Assembly (NCBI GenBank): GCA_034226945.1
Contig: CP120456.1
Span: 62,001-126,000 of the forward strand
Source of the DNA: Picochlorum sp. SENEW3
Taxonomy: Eukaryota
Reading direction: 5' to 3'
Length of the DNA: 64,000 nt
The notes below the pieces were generated by a model, which searched no databases, had not been told where the DNA came from, and saw nothing but the letters and a program-made list of their open reading frames with translations. This document shows, in pieces, positions 1-10,291 of this stretch. The stretch's first letter is position 1, and the number at the start of each line of letters is the position of its first letter. Both the position numbers and the translations under genes were made by a program.

Positions 1-457
1 TGGCAATACATTGTGCACTTGCTGCCCTCACTGGTATGGGTGACGTATACAAGTGCTGCCGAACTAGTGCAACAAAATCCGAATCACTCATCAAACCAAT
101 CAGCCGATGACTTGGCAGCAATCGCAGGGCAAAGAAAGCCGCAGACTGAATAGCTTCGTTCGCAGCCGTAGCGTCGAGTCGCAAGTCGCATGCTATTCCC
201 TCGGATAGCCTGGATGCATCCATATCACTCAAACTACTGCCTTTGATGATGTCATACGCTCGCACACGGAGCGCCAAAGGAACGCTCGCATTGCCGACTA
301 TATGGTGACAAATCTGAGATACATACGCAGTAATGTCCCTCCCTGCGGACATCAGCGCAATCACGGCGAGCAAAGCATTCTCCTGGCGAGCAGACTCTGC
401 AGAAGCCAAGTCAGACGCAATATCCACCTGAGGTGCTCCGCTTTTCACGCCACTCAT
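1..457 (-). CDS. TPLATE: TPLATE (TSET/TPC adaptor complex beta-adaptin-like subunit), 5' part; runs off the window edge
   Basis: Manual translation from ATG 457: MSGVKSGAPQVDIASDLASAESARQENALLAVIALMSAGRDITAYV...RAYDIIK...EGIACDL...LLPSHRL. Open to position 1. Matches the plant TPLATE N-terminal pattern (I.ADL.S.D..RQ..ALL...AGRDI...AFDLI). Confidence 0.75.
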   Translation of the reverse strand, partial: MSGVKSGAPQVDIASDLASAESARQENALLAVIALMSAGRDITAYVSQICHHIVGNASVPLALRVRAYDIIKGSSLSDMDASRLSEGIACDLRLDATAANEAIQSAAFFALRLLPSHRLIGLMSDSDFVALVRQHLYTSPIPVRAASAQCIA

Positions 458-1098
458 GCTTATGGACTACACAATCTATCAATCTAAAACAAATATCGAG
501 TATGTGGCTAAATTCGGCGTAGTGATTTCCTAAGGGCCACTTTGAAACACGCTTTCAAACTATCGAATTCTCTTTCACAGCTATTCTTCTCAACCTACAC
601 AATTTATAACAAACCAAATTCAGTTAAAGAAGAATATCTCAATCTTGAGGAGGCCACAGGATTCCGCAGGTAAAGTGAAACACATGATCACAACGTCCAC
701 TCACTTCTGAGAGTTTAGATCCAACACAAGATCCATATAGAGCCACCTAGTTCAAGAAATTTCCTTTTTGGTCAGCGAGGAAAGAGATAGTTCTGAAACC
801 ACGCGCATTCCAGTCTACACACCTGAGAGTGACACTGCAATAGACCTTTGCTAAATGCTACTGTGTATCGCTCGGATAAAGAGCTCATATTTTTTAAAAT
901 AATAGCGGACGCATCGCGCGCGTGCCGCACTTAACGTAACATGTTCCGATGGGCGAATGATGGAGGATGGCGATCACAGGTCAGAGAGATCTCTCTGGCT
1001 AGACACTGGTTGTACTTACATTCAAGTAATACTGACGATGACAACCAAACAAAAGTTCAGTCTACTCGTTTCTATTCATCCAATCGAATGCCGACCAC

Positions 1099-2072
1099 TT
1101 AATATCCAACCTTGGACAAGACAGAAGCAAGGGCAGACTGCATATCAGCAAGCTCTTTGGTGGCACTGTCCTGGTTCTTCTTGCGGATGGCGAAATCCAA
1201 GGCACTGACCTCAGTCTTGAAGGCCTTCTTAAGTTCTTCTGCTGCCTTGCGGTCAGCCTTTGGGAGCTGGGCGGCGAGGGTGTTAATATCAAAGCTCAAA
1301 GTTCCAACCTGGCGACGGAGCTCCTCGCGGGCCTCAGTCCAGTACTTCTTCTCAATGTATCCGGCGAGCTTTCCCTCGATGCGTCCTTTGGACTCAGCGA
1401 TGCGCTTCTTGGTCAGCTCAATATCTCCGCGGGCCTGGTACAGTCCATCACGCTCTCCCTGTGGCAAGTCGAGATCACGGGCCTCGTAGATGATGTCGAA
1501 TCCCTTGGCCTTAGCCTTGCGGTCATCGATGATATCAACGGCGTTGGCAGCTGGGGCGCTGATGGCAGCGAGTCCACCGAGAACGAGTCCTCCGAGCACG
1601 GCACGACGGCTGTCCTCAGCACGGGCAACAACAGCAGCTCTGGCCTTGTTGGCGCGTGGCTGGGCAGATGCCACGGTGGTGAGTCTGCACAGACAATGGT
1701 ACACACGTTAATCAGCGATTAGCTTACGCAACATAGGCAATCATTCCAGGCAATGTCCCGCCAGTAACGACACCCAGGCAATCGCCAATCGAGGAGGCGA
1801 TAGGGTCTCTTGTTCCCATCAACACCTCCCTCCAATGGGACCTTTGTGCGGATCCCCAGATTTCGAGATAATGTATCCGATTTTATCCTTGACAAAATGA
1901 CACACGATACGCCTGCCCCCCTCCACATCCACTCAGTTTAGATCACTGAGCATTAAGTAACCCGATCTACACCACGATGACAACCAAGCCGTCTATGCAG
2001 TCGGCGTCTCCAGTGCCAAACGCATCAGGTTGTCGGATTCCAAACGCACCTCTGCTGCATAACAGTCTGCAT
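1099..2072 (-). CDS. PSBQ: Photosystem II oxygen-evolving enhancer protein 3 (PsbQ); exons 2072-2050, 1684-1099
   Basis: GFDIIYEARDLDL and YWTEAREELRRQVGTL motifs; RR-hydrophobic-ANA lumen signal. Exon 1 MQTVMQQR joins in frame through a GTGCGT...TGCAG intron (609 nt total). Confidence 0.95.
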
Positions 2073-2345
2073 GATGACGTGTACAGAATTTACTTGAATT
2101 AAAAGTTCAAATTGATTATATTATTGTATTAGTGCGGGCCTGTCGGTCTGTGATCACCCATATGATCCCTTCTGATCCTATCTGATCCGGGGATGCATCA
2201 TGCGGGCCTTGTTGATCCACCTCCCTGGCCTTCTTTTTTTCAAATGTGTCTTCCTAGAAAGAACGCCTCTCTGATGTACAGCCTTTTGATCCACAATATC
2301 CCTTCAACTAAATAGAAAACCGTCAGAATGGCGCTGCAACCCACT

Positions 2346-3394
2346 TCAGTTGGAAGTACTGGCAATCGTCACCTTGTTGGCTGAGGTGGGGACAGCAACC
2401 AATCCCGAGCTCACCACTCCAGGAATTTTTATCAGTGTGGATTCAAACGTCTCATAGTCTACTGACTCTCCAAATAGTTTGAAATCCGAGTAGAAGAAGA
2501 GATCAAGGATCATATACCCATCCTTGGTGATTACAGGGTCGGGGTATCCTCTTGTGTTTGCTTCAGCTGAATGGGACCGCCTCATGACCTCAGCATCCCC
2601 CAAAAAGATGTCATCAACTACAAATACGCGGGGTGAAATTCATTGAATTGTGCAGCATACCCTCGTAATACCTCAAAGACACATCCTGTTGTTCATTCAA
2701 ACGCACCTTCCTCTGCACACTCCTCCCATTCATCTTCCAATCCCCCTTCGATGACTACCGGGAGCATACCAGAAAGTCTCATGTCAAAAATGTGATCCTC
2801 TGTGAAAATAATTAATTCTTTTGCCCCCCGAACGGCTACATGAACGCACGGAATATCAGGCTGCCCTACCTGTGGACCATTCTCTCCCCTACCAACAATG
2901 TAGTAGACCCTGTCCCGATCGACATGCACTTCATCAGCCTGATCTATGTGTATGTCAATCGCAGTATCTCTCGCCAACGGAGACACCGCTAGGCCCAGCA
3001 GACCACACTCAGAAGACACAGCCATGGAAGTGGGAACAAACTTCACTCTCTCCCTATGACTTTTGAATTCCGATGATGCAATTCTCTCTAGGAAAGATGA
3101 AATAATTCCTCCTGTCCCCAAGCTGACAGTGATCGATGGCGAATCCAGACGATTGCAGACATGCTCTACAAATGTGGCAGCGACCTCATCGATCCCACCC
3201 TCCGACAGCACGACCTCAGTACCGCTGCTCTGGCAATGAAACGGTACACGGCGATCCAAGGTTGTGCCATGGCACAGGTTATATCTGAGCCTCTCTCTGT
3301 ATCGAAGCCTGGGAGTCCTTTTCCTTGCCTGTTGGACATGTCCAAAAGTGGCACAGGGCCTGGCCACAGGAAAGGGTGATATCAATCCGCCCAT
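2346..3394 (-). CDS. Ribose-5-phosphate isomerase A-like protein, plastid-type transit peptide; exons 3394-2707, 2617-2346
   Basis: LGTG, FVPTS, IDIHIDQADEV, LPVVIE, PVITKDGYMILD and IPGVVSSGL motifs of the RpiA fold; the GT-AG intron restores frame (960 nt). Confidence 0.8.
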
Positions 3395-3582
3395 CTAACT
3401 CATACATACATAATTATCAGTGACATCGCTGCTTCTTCGCAAGGTGAAGAATGCGATCGCAACGGATGAAACTTGCATGCAAGTTTGTGGTTACCGCTAT
3501 CCTAGCGCTGACCTAATACTACTAGAGACGTTATACCTTTCTCCATACTTTAAAGACAATAGAAATATTCATTTGAGAAAAC

Positions 3583-4593
3583 ATGAAATCGATTCTGCAG
3601 CAGCAAACCTCCGTTCTAGGGACACTAACAAGGACGAGGTCGCTTCTTGCAAGCTTGTTGTACTCTGATAGCCCTACAGTATACATCCAGCCGTCCAATA
3701 GTGCAACATATTATTCCAATAGTGACGAGACGAGTAGTAATCAAAGGTCGAGTTGGTCTGGTGATCTGCGGAACTGCAACTGGTCCGGGAGACTGAGTCA
3801 TCGTGCGTGCAGCGGCGATGATGATGGTACAATCGGATATAGTAAGAAGAATATGTCGAATGGAGTTAGGGTTCATGGTGGTGGGTGTCGTGGAGAAAGG
3901 TCTTTTCACTCGACCAGTCTGACGGGGCAGTTGTATCGGAAGAGCCCTATAGCTCGCGATGAGGAGGGGGGCAAGAGTGGCCAGTGGGCTTTTTTGAGGC
4001 ACAGAGGGTATGATGTCAACCCTTGCAAGAGCCAGTTGCATCCGTCTGTGACATTGGAAGGGATTGAGCCAGAGTCTGGGGAGGAGTTGTGTGTTCAGGA
4101 AGCGTATACTCCGGAATCCGTGTGCTTCGGGTGTGGACCGTCTGCCAAGGACGGTCTCACATTGAGAAGTTTCAGGAGAATCAATGGAATGGAGGCGTCC
4201 GTGACGTTGGATGAGAAATACTGTGCGTTTCCTGGGATCATCAATGGGGGCATCATATCGGCACTCTTCGATTGCCATGGGAACTGGACGGCGGCAATGA
4301 CCCTTATGGACAGGGGTTGCTTACCGAAACCTCCATTGACATTGACGTACGAGATGCTGATAACGTACGAGGAGCCCACACCCCCGAACGAGGAGCTCAT
4401 TGTCAGATCTCGAATTCTGGAGGTCAAGGAAAGCGATTCTGTGGGATCCAAAGCCACCGTGCACGTTGAACTCGAACTTTTGCAAAAGACAAGCACACCC
4501 TCTGCTGGACACGGTGGTGGAGAGGGTGGGGAGAAACTCCTGGCGACAGGAAGTGGAATATTCAAGAAACTAGGAGCTCTGAGAGCTCTGTGA
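3583..4593 (+). CDS. HotDog-fold (PaaI-like) thioesterase with N-terminal organellar extension
   Basis: CFGCG..GL.L and FPGIINGGIISALFDCH motifs. Confidence 0.8.
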   Translation: MKSILQQQTSVLGTLTRTRSLLASLLYSDSPTVYIQPSNSATYYSNSDETSSNQRSSWSGDLRNCNWSGRLSHRACSGDDDGTIGYSKKNMSNGVRVHGGGCRGERSFHSTSLTGQLYRKSPIARDEEGGKSGQWAFLRHRGYDVNPCKSQLHPSVTLEGIEPESGEELCVQEAYTPESVCFGCGPSAKDGLTLRSFRRINGMEASVTLDEKYCAFPGIINGGIISALFDCHGNWTAAMTLMDRGCLPKPPLTLTYEMLITYEEPTPPNEELIVRSRILEVKESDSVGSKATVHVELELLQKTSTPSAGHGGGEGGEKLLATGSGIFKKLGALRAL

Positions 4594-4630
4594 ATTCAAA
4601 CGCATGTAGATTTTAAAACGCAATATCAAA

Positions 4631-5109
4631 TTAGAATAAATAAACCAAGTTGTTTGAAAGAGTCCATAGCAATATAAATGTAAGTAGCTCCGTCTGTGAT
4701 GTAAGTCCTGCGAAGAAGGTTTTGGTGGGGGAAGAGAAATAGGTCGCAGGGCTGCCTTGGCACGCTGCATACAACATGCCAGCGTTCTACATGGATCGGA
4801 GACAGTATTGAGCCAACAGTATGGGTGATTTTCAACAAGCACACAAACATACCATGATTTGAAACACGACAAAAAGCAAAAAGCCCGCAAAACCAGTTAT
4901 TCCACCAATTCCAGCAACGATGCCTCCGATAAGCGCACTGAATACGCGACTGCGATGCATTATAGATTATGTGATTTTATGGGAAAGAAGGAATAGAACG
5001 ATTGGTAGTGGATCATGTACCTGTTGTTTGCTAGCGTGAGATTATGGCGAACGTTGCTCTGGTTGAAAAGCTGAATCGTCGGCTTTTCAGCCTGTGATAT
5101 TTCAGTCAT
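4631..5109 (-). CDS. EMC6: ER membrane protein complex subunit 6 (EMC6/TMEM93), 113 aa; exons 5109-5021, 4949-4853, 4786-4631
   Basis: Not in the ORF track. Spliced translation ...NVRHNLTLANNSRVFSALIGGIVAGIGGITGFAGF...TYFSS...LLTFILLWTLSNNLVYLF. Both introns are GT-AG and preserve frame. Confidence 0.85.
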
Positions 5110-5156
5110 CGTTACACCGACAATTACAGCAAAAAATTCATTGAAAATCAGACACC

Positions 5157-6671
5157 TTATGATTTGGCTTTGCGGACGAGTTCATTGACGCGTGAAACGT
5201 ACTTTTGAATGTCGAATTTTCGCTTGCATCCTTGATAGTTCATGTAACGAATCTTCCCGAAAATGGGTCTTTCGCGCCATCCCTGATCATGGATTCCGCA
5301 CATGGACCACATGATACCCACATAGCCATTTGGATCACGCCCATCCAACTGCCATTTGTCGTTCAACCTGATGCCATAGTCTATTGCTTGCTCTGGGGAT
5401 TCTGTCCATTCCAGAATCTTCTTGGCCCAATACATGCGCAGGAATCCATGCATTTTACCCGTCACAACCATTTCCTTCTGTGCTGCATTCCATAAGTCGT
5501 CGTGGGTTTTTGCCCTCTCGAGCTGATCGTACGTGTACAGGTGCTCTCGCACATCGTTCCGATGGAGATTCAAGGTCTCCTTGGCCCAGTCGTATGCAGC
5601 GTCCATGCTGTCATAGTTTGGGGTGTAGAAGCAGTAATTATCCGATAACTCTCTTCTAATCACCATTTCTTCTAAAAAGCCTTCCACGCTGTCCTTGTGA
5701 GCAGAGCGAAGCTTGCTAGCCTCAAGAGCCGCCCGCTGGGGGCTCAACTGACCAAAGTGAAAGTATGGAGACAGACCGGATAATGCATTGGGGACGGTTG
5801 GATCATTTCTCTTTGCAGCGTATTTCGATAATCGTGTCTTTGTAAGGAATCCCTGCGGACCCATCAACGCTTTCAGAGCTGCGTCCTCTCCAGGATGGAT
5901 CCACGTGACAACTGGCACCGCTGCTCCCTTTTTCTTGGCATGATTGATCAACGTATTCCAATCGACAGCCCCGCCATTGGGTTTTCTTGATCCCGACCAT
6001 TCCAATTTTTGCGTCGGGACTTCCGGATATTCTCGCAAGTATTCAGACAGCTTGTCTGTTATTTTCCTGCGGATTGTCCTTGCAGCGTACTCCCTCTTAT
6101 CAGACGTAACCCAGACGGGGACAATGTTGTGCGCATCAACCTCATATACGTGAGTTTTACACCCGCTTGATTTGATTGCATTGACTACTCCATCCCTCCA
6201 CTCTCTCCCAAGTCGAAGTGGTGAGAAGTCTGTCACTAGAGCAGATGCTTGGCAGTCCTGGAGGAGCTTGGGTATCTCTTGGACTGGATCTCCTTGCGTG
6301 AAGAAGAACGGAATCTTCTTCGCACCGAGCTTCTTCTCCAAAGATTTCAATCCCTCGAGCATAAACACAAATTGCCTCGCCCCGGCATTCATGAACTCTG
6401 GCACCAAGTTGAAAACAACTCCCACATGTTGATTGGTCTCTTGAGCACACTGAATTGCATACAGCAGGGCCCAATTGTCCTCGACCCTCTGGTCTCTGGA
6501 CATCCAGTATAACACAGGCCCCTCTTTTGCATCTCCCTTCATCAGCATCCTCACTCTCTTCGGATGCACAGCCACACGATCACCGGTGGCGAGCCTTTTG
6601 ACTTGACGGGCTTCTTGCTCCTCGGAACCAGACCCCAGGGTTTCAGATTTCCGTTTCTGATCAGATGACAT
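5157..6671 (-). CDS. PHR: Class II CPD photolyase (in-frame upstream ATG at 6932 possible)
   Basis: WMSRDQRVEDNWAL, SGLSPYFHFGQLS, HGFLRMYWAKKILEW and DGRDPNGY motifs. Confidence 0.95.
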   Translation of the reverse strand: MSSDQKRKSETLGSGSEEQEARQVKRLATGDRVAVHPKRVRMLMKGDAKEGPVLYWMSRDQRVEDNWALLYAIQCAQETNQHVGVVFNLVPEFMNAGARQFVFMLEGLKSLEKKLGAKKIPFFFTQGDPVQEIPKLLQDCQASALVTDFSPLRLGREWRDGVVNAIKSSGCKTHVYEVDAHNIVPVWVTSDKREYAARTIRRKITDKLSEYLREYPEVPTQKLEWSGSRKPNGGAVDWNTLINHAKKKGAAVPVVTWIHPGEDAALKALMGPQGFLTKTRLSKYAAKRNDPTVPNALSGLSPYFHFGQLSPQRAALEASKLRSAHKDSVEGFLEEMVIRRELSDNYCFYTPNYDSMDAAYDWAKETLNLHRNDVREHLYTYDQLERAKTHDDLWNAAQKEMVVTGKMHGFLRMYWAKKILEWTESPEQAIDYGIRLNDKWQLDGRDPNGYVGIMWSMCGIHDQGWRERPIFGKIRYMNYQGCKRKFDIQKYVSRVNELVRKAKS

Positions 6672-7569
6672 GATGGATCTAATCAAGAGACTCCTATTCA
6701 AAACTGTATTGCGATACTGCAACGCATGTACCGGTAGGATCGAATGAGGTCGCGAAAGAGTTCCACCGCCTTGGCGAGCACCACACGACGCTGCTACAGA
6801 ACAAATTCTCAATATTCTCGAAGCAATGGTGCCTAATTCATCCGTGAACCTCAAATTAAGAACAATGTGCAACAAAATCGATTGCAATGGTTGCGTCACA
6901 TCCGAATTGACGGAATGTGACGAGTGGGCCATGGCCCAATAGTTTTTAAATGTTTTAATTGCGACATCTGCCTTTGACCCAGGTCCACAACTTCCCGGTA
7001 GTTTCCATCGCCATCAACTCATTTCATCAGCCCCGATCGTGATTCCTGGAATCATCCGATCAGTTTCCGATCGGATGGAAACCTGTGCTCAGATAGGATG
7101 AGAATGGGTGGCCAACCACACAGCGACATCAGAATCCATTACGCTGCAGTGCCACGCGTATAACGCTGTCGTCTCATCTCATCTCTGCACAAAATCTGAT
7201 AATTATTGGCAAGCATTTGATTATTCTCTAAAATAATAGAATCGCAACCATTGGTTGTATTGGAAACAAGAGGTGCGTGTGGCTGTCGGAATTTGGCCCC
7301 TTGGCACCGACCCCAGACGTACTCGCCCAGCATTCGACGGCGAGTAATCTTGGCGGCAGTGATTGTCAAGGAGGAGAAATGGATGTTTGAAAGCTGTTGT
7401 ATGGATTTGGATCCGGGCCCGGGCCTTGTCCAATGCTCGGTACCGAACCTGTCCACTTTGTCTCACGGATTTTCTCAACCCCAAATACACGATTTCAACT
7501 CATGTGCAGAGTTCAAATAACTGAATTTTGGGGGGCCTTTTGAAAGAGTGCGCACGCCAGGACGTGAGA

Positions 7570-8397
7570 ATGGCTGGGACGACTGCTTCAGTTGCTGCAG
7601 AGAAGAACGAGACCAACAGGGCTGAGAGGGTCTACTCTGGCAATCTTGGGGACGACTTACTTACCATGATCCGTCAAAGTAGTTTGGGCCAGCCCTCAGC
7701 GTTTGCAGAGTGTCAACCAGGGATCTCTGATGATGCATTTGATGACTTACTCAAGAGACTGCCTTCGGGCAGTTTGAATCTGAATTTGGATGGGTTTATG
7801 GACATGGACAACAAGAATGAAGCAAAAAATTTGAGTAAAGCTTCTTCATTGGATTTGCTAAAGGCATACTTCACTTCGCAGCGGTCAACTCCCCAAGATC
7901 TGGAGGCGTTGGGATTGAGCAAGAGTAATGGGGCAAAACAGAAGAAAATCAAAGAAGAAGATGCGACCAGTCTAAGTGGCAGTACAGCTATAAAAAGCGA
8001 TGCTGGAAAAGGTGATAAGACGCGTCCGATCGAAGCATTGGGAAACACAACCTTGTCACCCATCACAGCTTTTGCAGACCCACAACTTTTGAATGCACGG
8101 GCAGTGCCAGCATCAGCCATTGGGTGGTCGTCCAAGAAATCATCATCTGAAGATTATGGTGGAAACTCGCCAGGGAACGAGATGGATACAAATGCATTGA
8201 AAAGGAAGCAGCGTCGCATGTTGAGCAATCGGGAGTCTGCAAGAAGATCCAGAAAGAGAAAGCAGGAACACATGATGGAGTTGGAAAACAAAGTTTCCAA
8301 GTTGACCGAAGAATGTAGCGAACTGAAAAAGCGTTGCAGAATGTTGGAAGAAATCATTGCCAAGAAGGATGCTGAATTACAGCGTGTGGCACCTTAG
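7570..8397 (+). CDS. bZIP transcription factor
   Basis: KRKQRRMLSNRESARRSRKRKQ basic region followed by leucine heptads. Confidence 0.9.
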   Translation: MAGTTASVAAEKNETNRAERVYSGNLGDDLLTMIRQSSLGQPSAFAECQPGISDDAFDDLLKRLPSGSLNLNLDGFMDMDNKNEAKNLSKASSLDLLKAYFTSQRSTPQDLEALGLSKSNGAKQKKIKEEDATSLSGSTAIKSDAGKGDKTRPIEALGNTTLSPITAFADPQLLNARAVPASAIGWSSKKSSSEDYGGNSPGNEMDTNALKRKQRRMLSNRESARRSRKRKQEHMMELENKVSKLTEECSELKKRCRMLEEIIAKKDAELQRVAP

Positions 8398-8527
8398 GTG
8401 GTTGAAGTTTGCACTCATATTGTTTGCTTTTGATGTATCACTGTAGAGAGTATTGTTTTACATTGTCTATAAGTACCATATAATGTATTCTCGTTTATCC
8501 CATGATGATCTGATGTTGTAAGACGTT

Positions 8528-9590
8528 TCAAGCTGATGATGGTCGGACAGGATCAAAGTAGGGATGAGCCATGGCCTCTTTCGCCGTCAGCCGTTCTTGA
8601 TGATCATACCGCAGCAGCTTATCGATGAAATCCATCCCCTCTGGAGACACCAAATGCTGGTTCTCAGGCGTGACGAACTTTGTCCACGGCTTCCTGGAGT
8701 GATTGCCGACAAGCGCTTCAAGCTGTGGGTCCAACTCAATGCCATACTTGTTAAGATAGGAATACAGCTCATCCGTCCCCAGAATCCGACATATTTTGAC
8801 TAGTTGGTCGTAATTATCATGTCCATAGAAAAAAGGCTCCCTTCGATACACCATGCCAGCCAGCATGCACCCCAAGCTCCACATGTCCAATGAGTAGTCA
8901 TAATCTTGGAGATCAACCAACAACTCTGGTCCTTTGAAGTATCTAGAAGCTACACGAACGTTATACTCTTTACCAGGATGGTACATCTCTGCTAACCCCC
9001 AATCTATCAGCCGAAGTTTCCGCTGGTTGTGATCAATCATGACATTGTGAGGCTTCACATCTCGATGCATAACACCCATGGAATGGCAGTAGTCCAGAGC
9101 CTTCAACAGCTCATAAATATAATACCGGATGTCCAGATCAGACAATGTAGGATACAGTACTTTGAAGTCTGCTGCGTTCACATGTTCAAATACCAAGGAT
9201 GGGGTCTTGGATCCAGGATCTCGCACCACATCCAGCAACTTGATGATATTTGTGCCCCCATTTAGGTTTTTCAGAATCTTAATTTCCCTCTTGATTTTTT
9301 TCTTTTTCACCGGTTTAAGGATTTTAATGATGCATTTTTCATTCGATTCTGTGCTCATGCCTTCAAACACTTCACTGTACTTTCCTCTGCCTACCTTTCT
9401 GATCACCTCGTACTTGTCCTGGTCTCTGCAGCCAAATAAAATAAAAACAGGATGAAATCTGCCTAAACACAGCACACCTAAATGCGTATATGCACACGTA
9501 CCCCCATTCGATATTATAATTTTCGTAATCCCAGTACTCCTGTGGCTTTGTGTCGTTCACATCAGCATACACCCTGGCAATACTTGCCAT
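8528..9590 (-). CDS. CKA: Casein kinase 2 alpha; exons 9590-9502, 9425-8528
   Basis: [34 protein letters not shown] and [11 protein letters not shown] motifs; 76-nt GT-AG intron. Confidence 0.95.
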
Positions 9591-10291
9591 GCCTTCTTCA
9601 GAACGTGTGGCCTTTGGATACAGCCTCGACATGAATTGTACTTTGTCAGCCCTCGATATGCCTCGGTCTCTTCGTCTTTGGTGCGAGGTCTTCCAGTATG
9701 ATATACTACGGCCGTTCAGTTGCCTCTGTTCGAAAATGAGGCTCGCAGTCACGATTTTCGAAGACAGGCGTCCAACTGCGAGCACTCGTGAAGGCAGTGC
9801 CAGGCTCAAGATGCTGTAAGGAGACTTTGATATTTTATTTAATCGCTCCAGAGTTCCAAAAGTAGGAAGCAGGGCTCTGTAAATGAATCGTCCGTGTGGC
9901 GACCAACACGTAGCCAACTGTGTTCTTTCCCCACGGAACCGGCAAACCGCAACCGTGCAAAACAATTAAAAAATATTTTAGAACGATTGCCTGAGCATAC
10001 AAACCACGAACGGTCCTCTATGGCGATTGAGCGGACTGTTGATGAGCCAGACTTTGCTCTCTTCTGCTGTTTCCAAAAGTAGATAATGTGCTGCTGTTTT
10101 AGCTATTTACAAACATTTAAAAGTAATGCTGCGTATCTGTCAAGCCCCACCGATGAGTGATTGAACCTAAAATCTTCCTCATGAGACTCCATGTCCATGG
10201 GCCATGGAGATGGTGTTGTCACCCATCATGGGATTTCCGGGATCAGAAGCCGGAGCACTCGTACGTTACAGAAAATTAATATCAAGCAAGT

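Noticed and set aside
5061..5092. 14-bp hairpin as terminator or ncRNA
   Set aside because: It lies in EMC6 coding exon 1, and its G-U pairs become mismatches on the sense strand.
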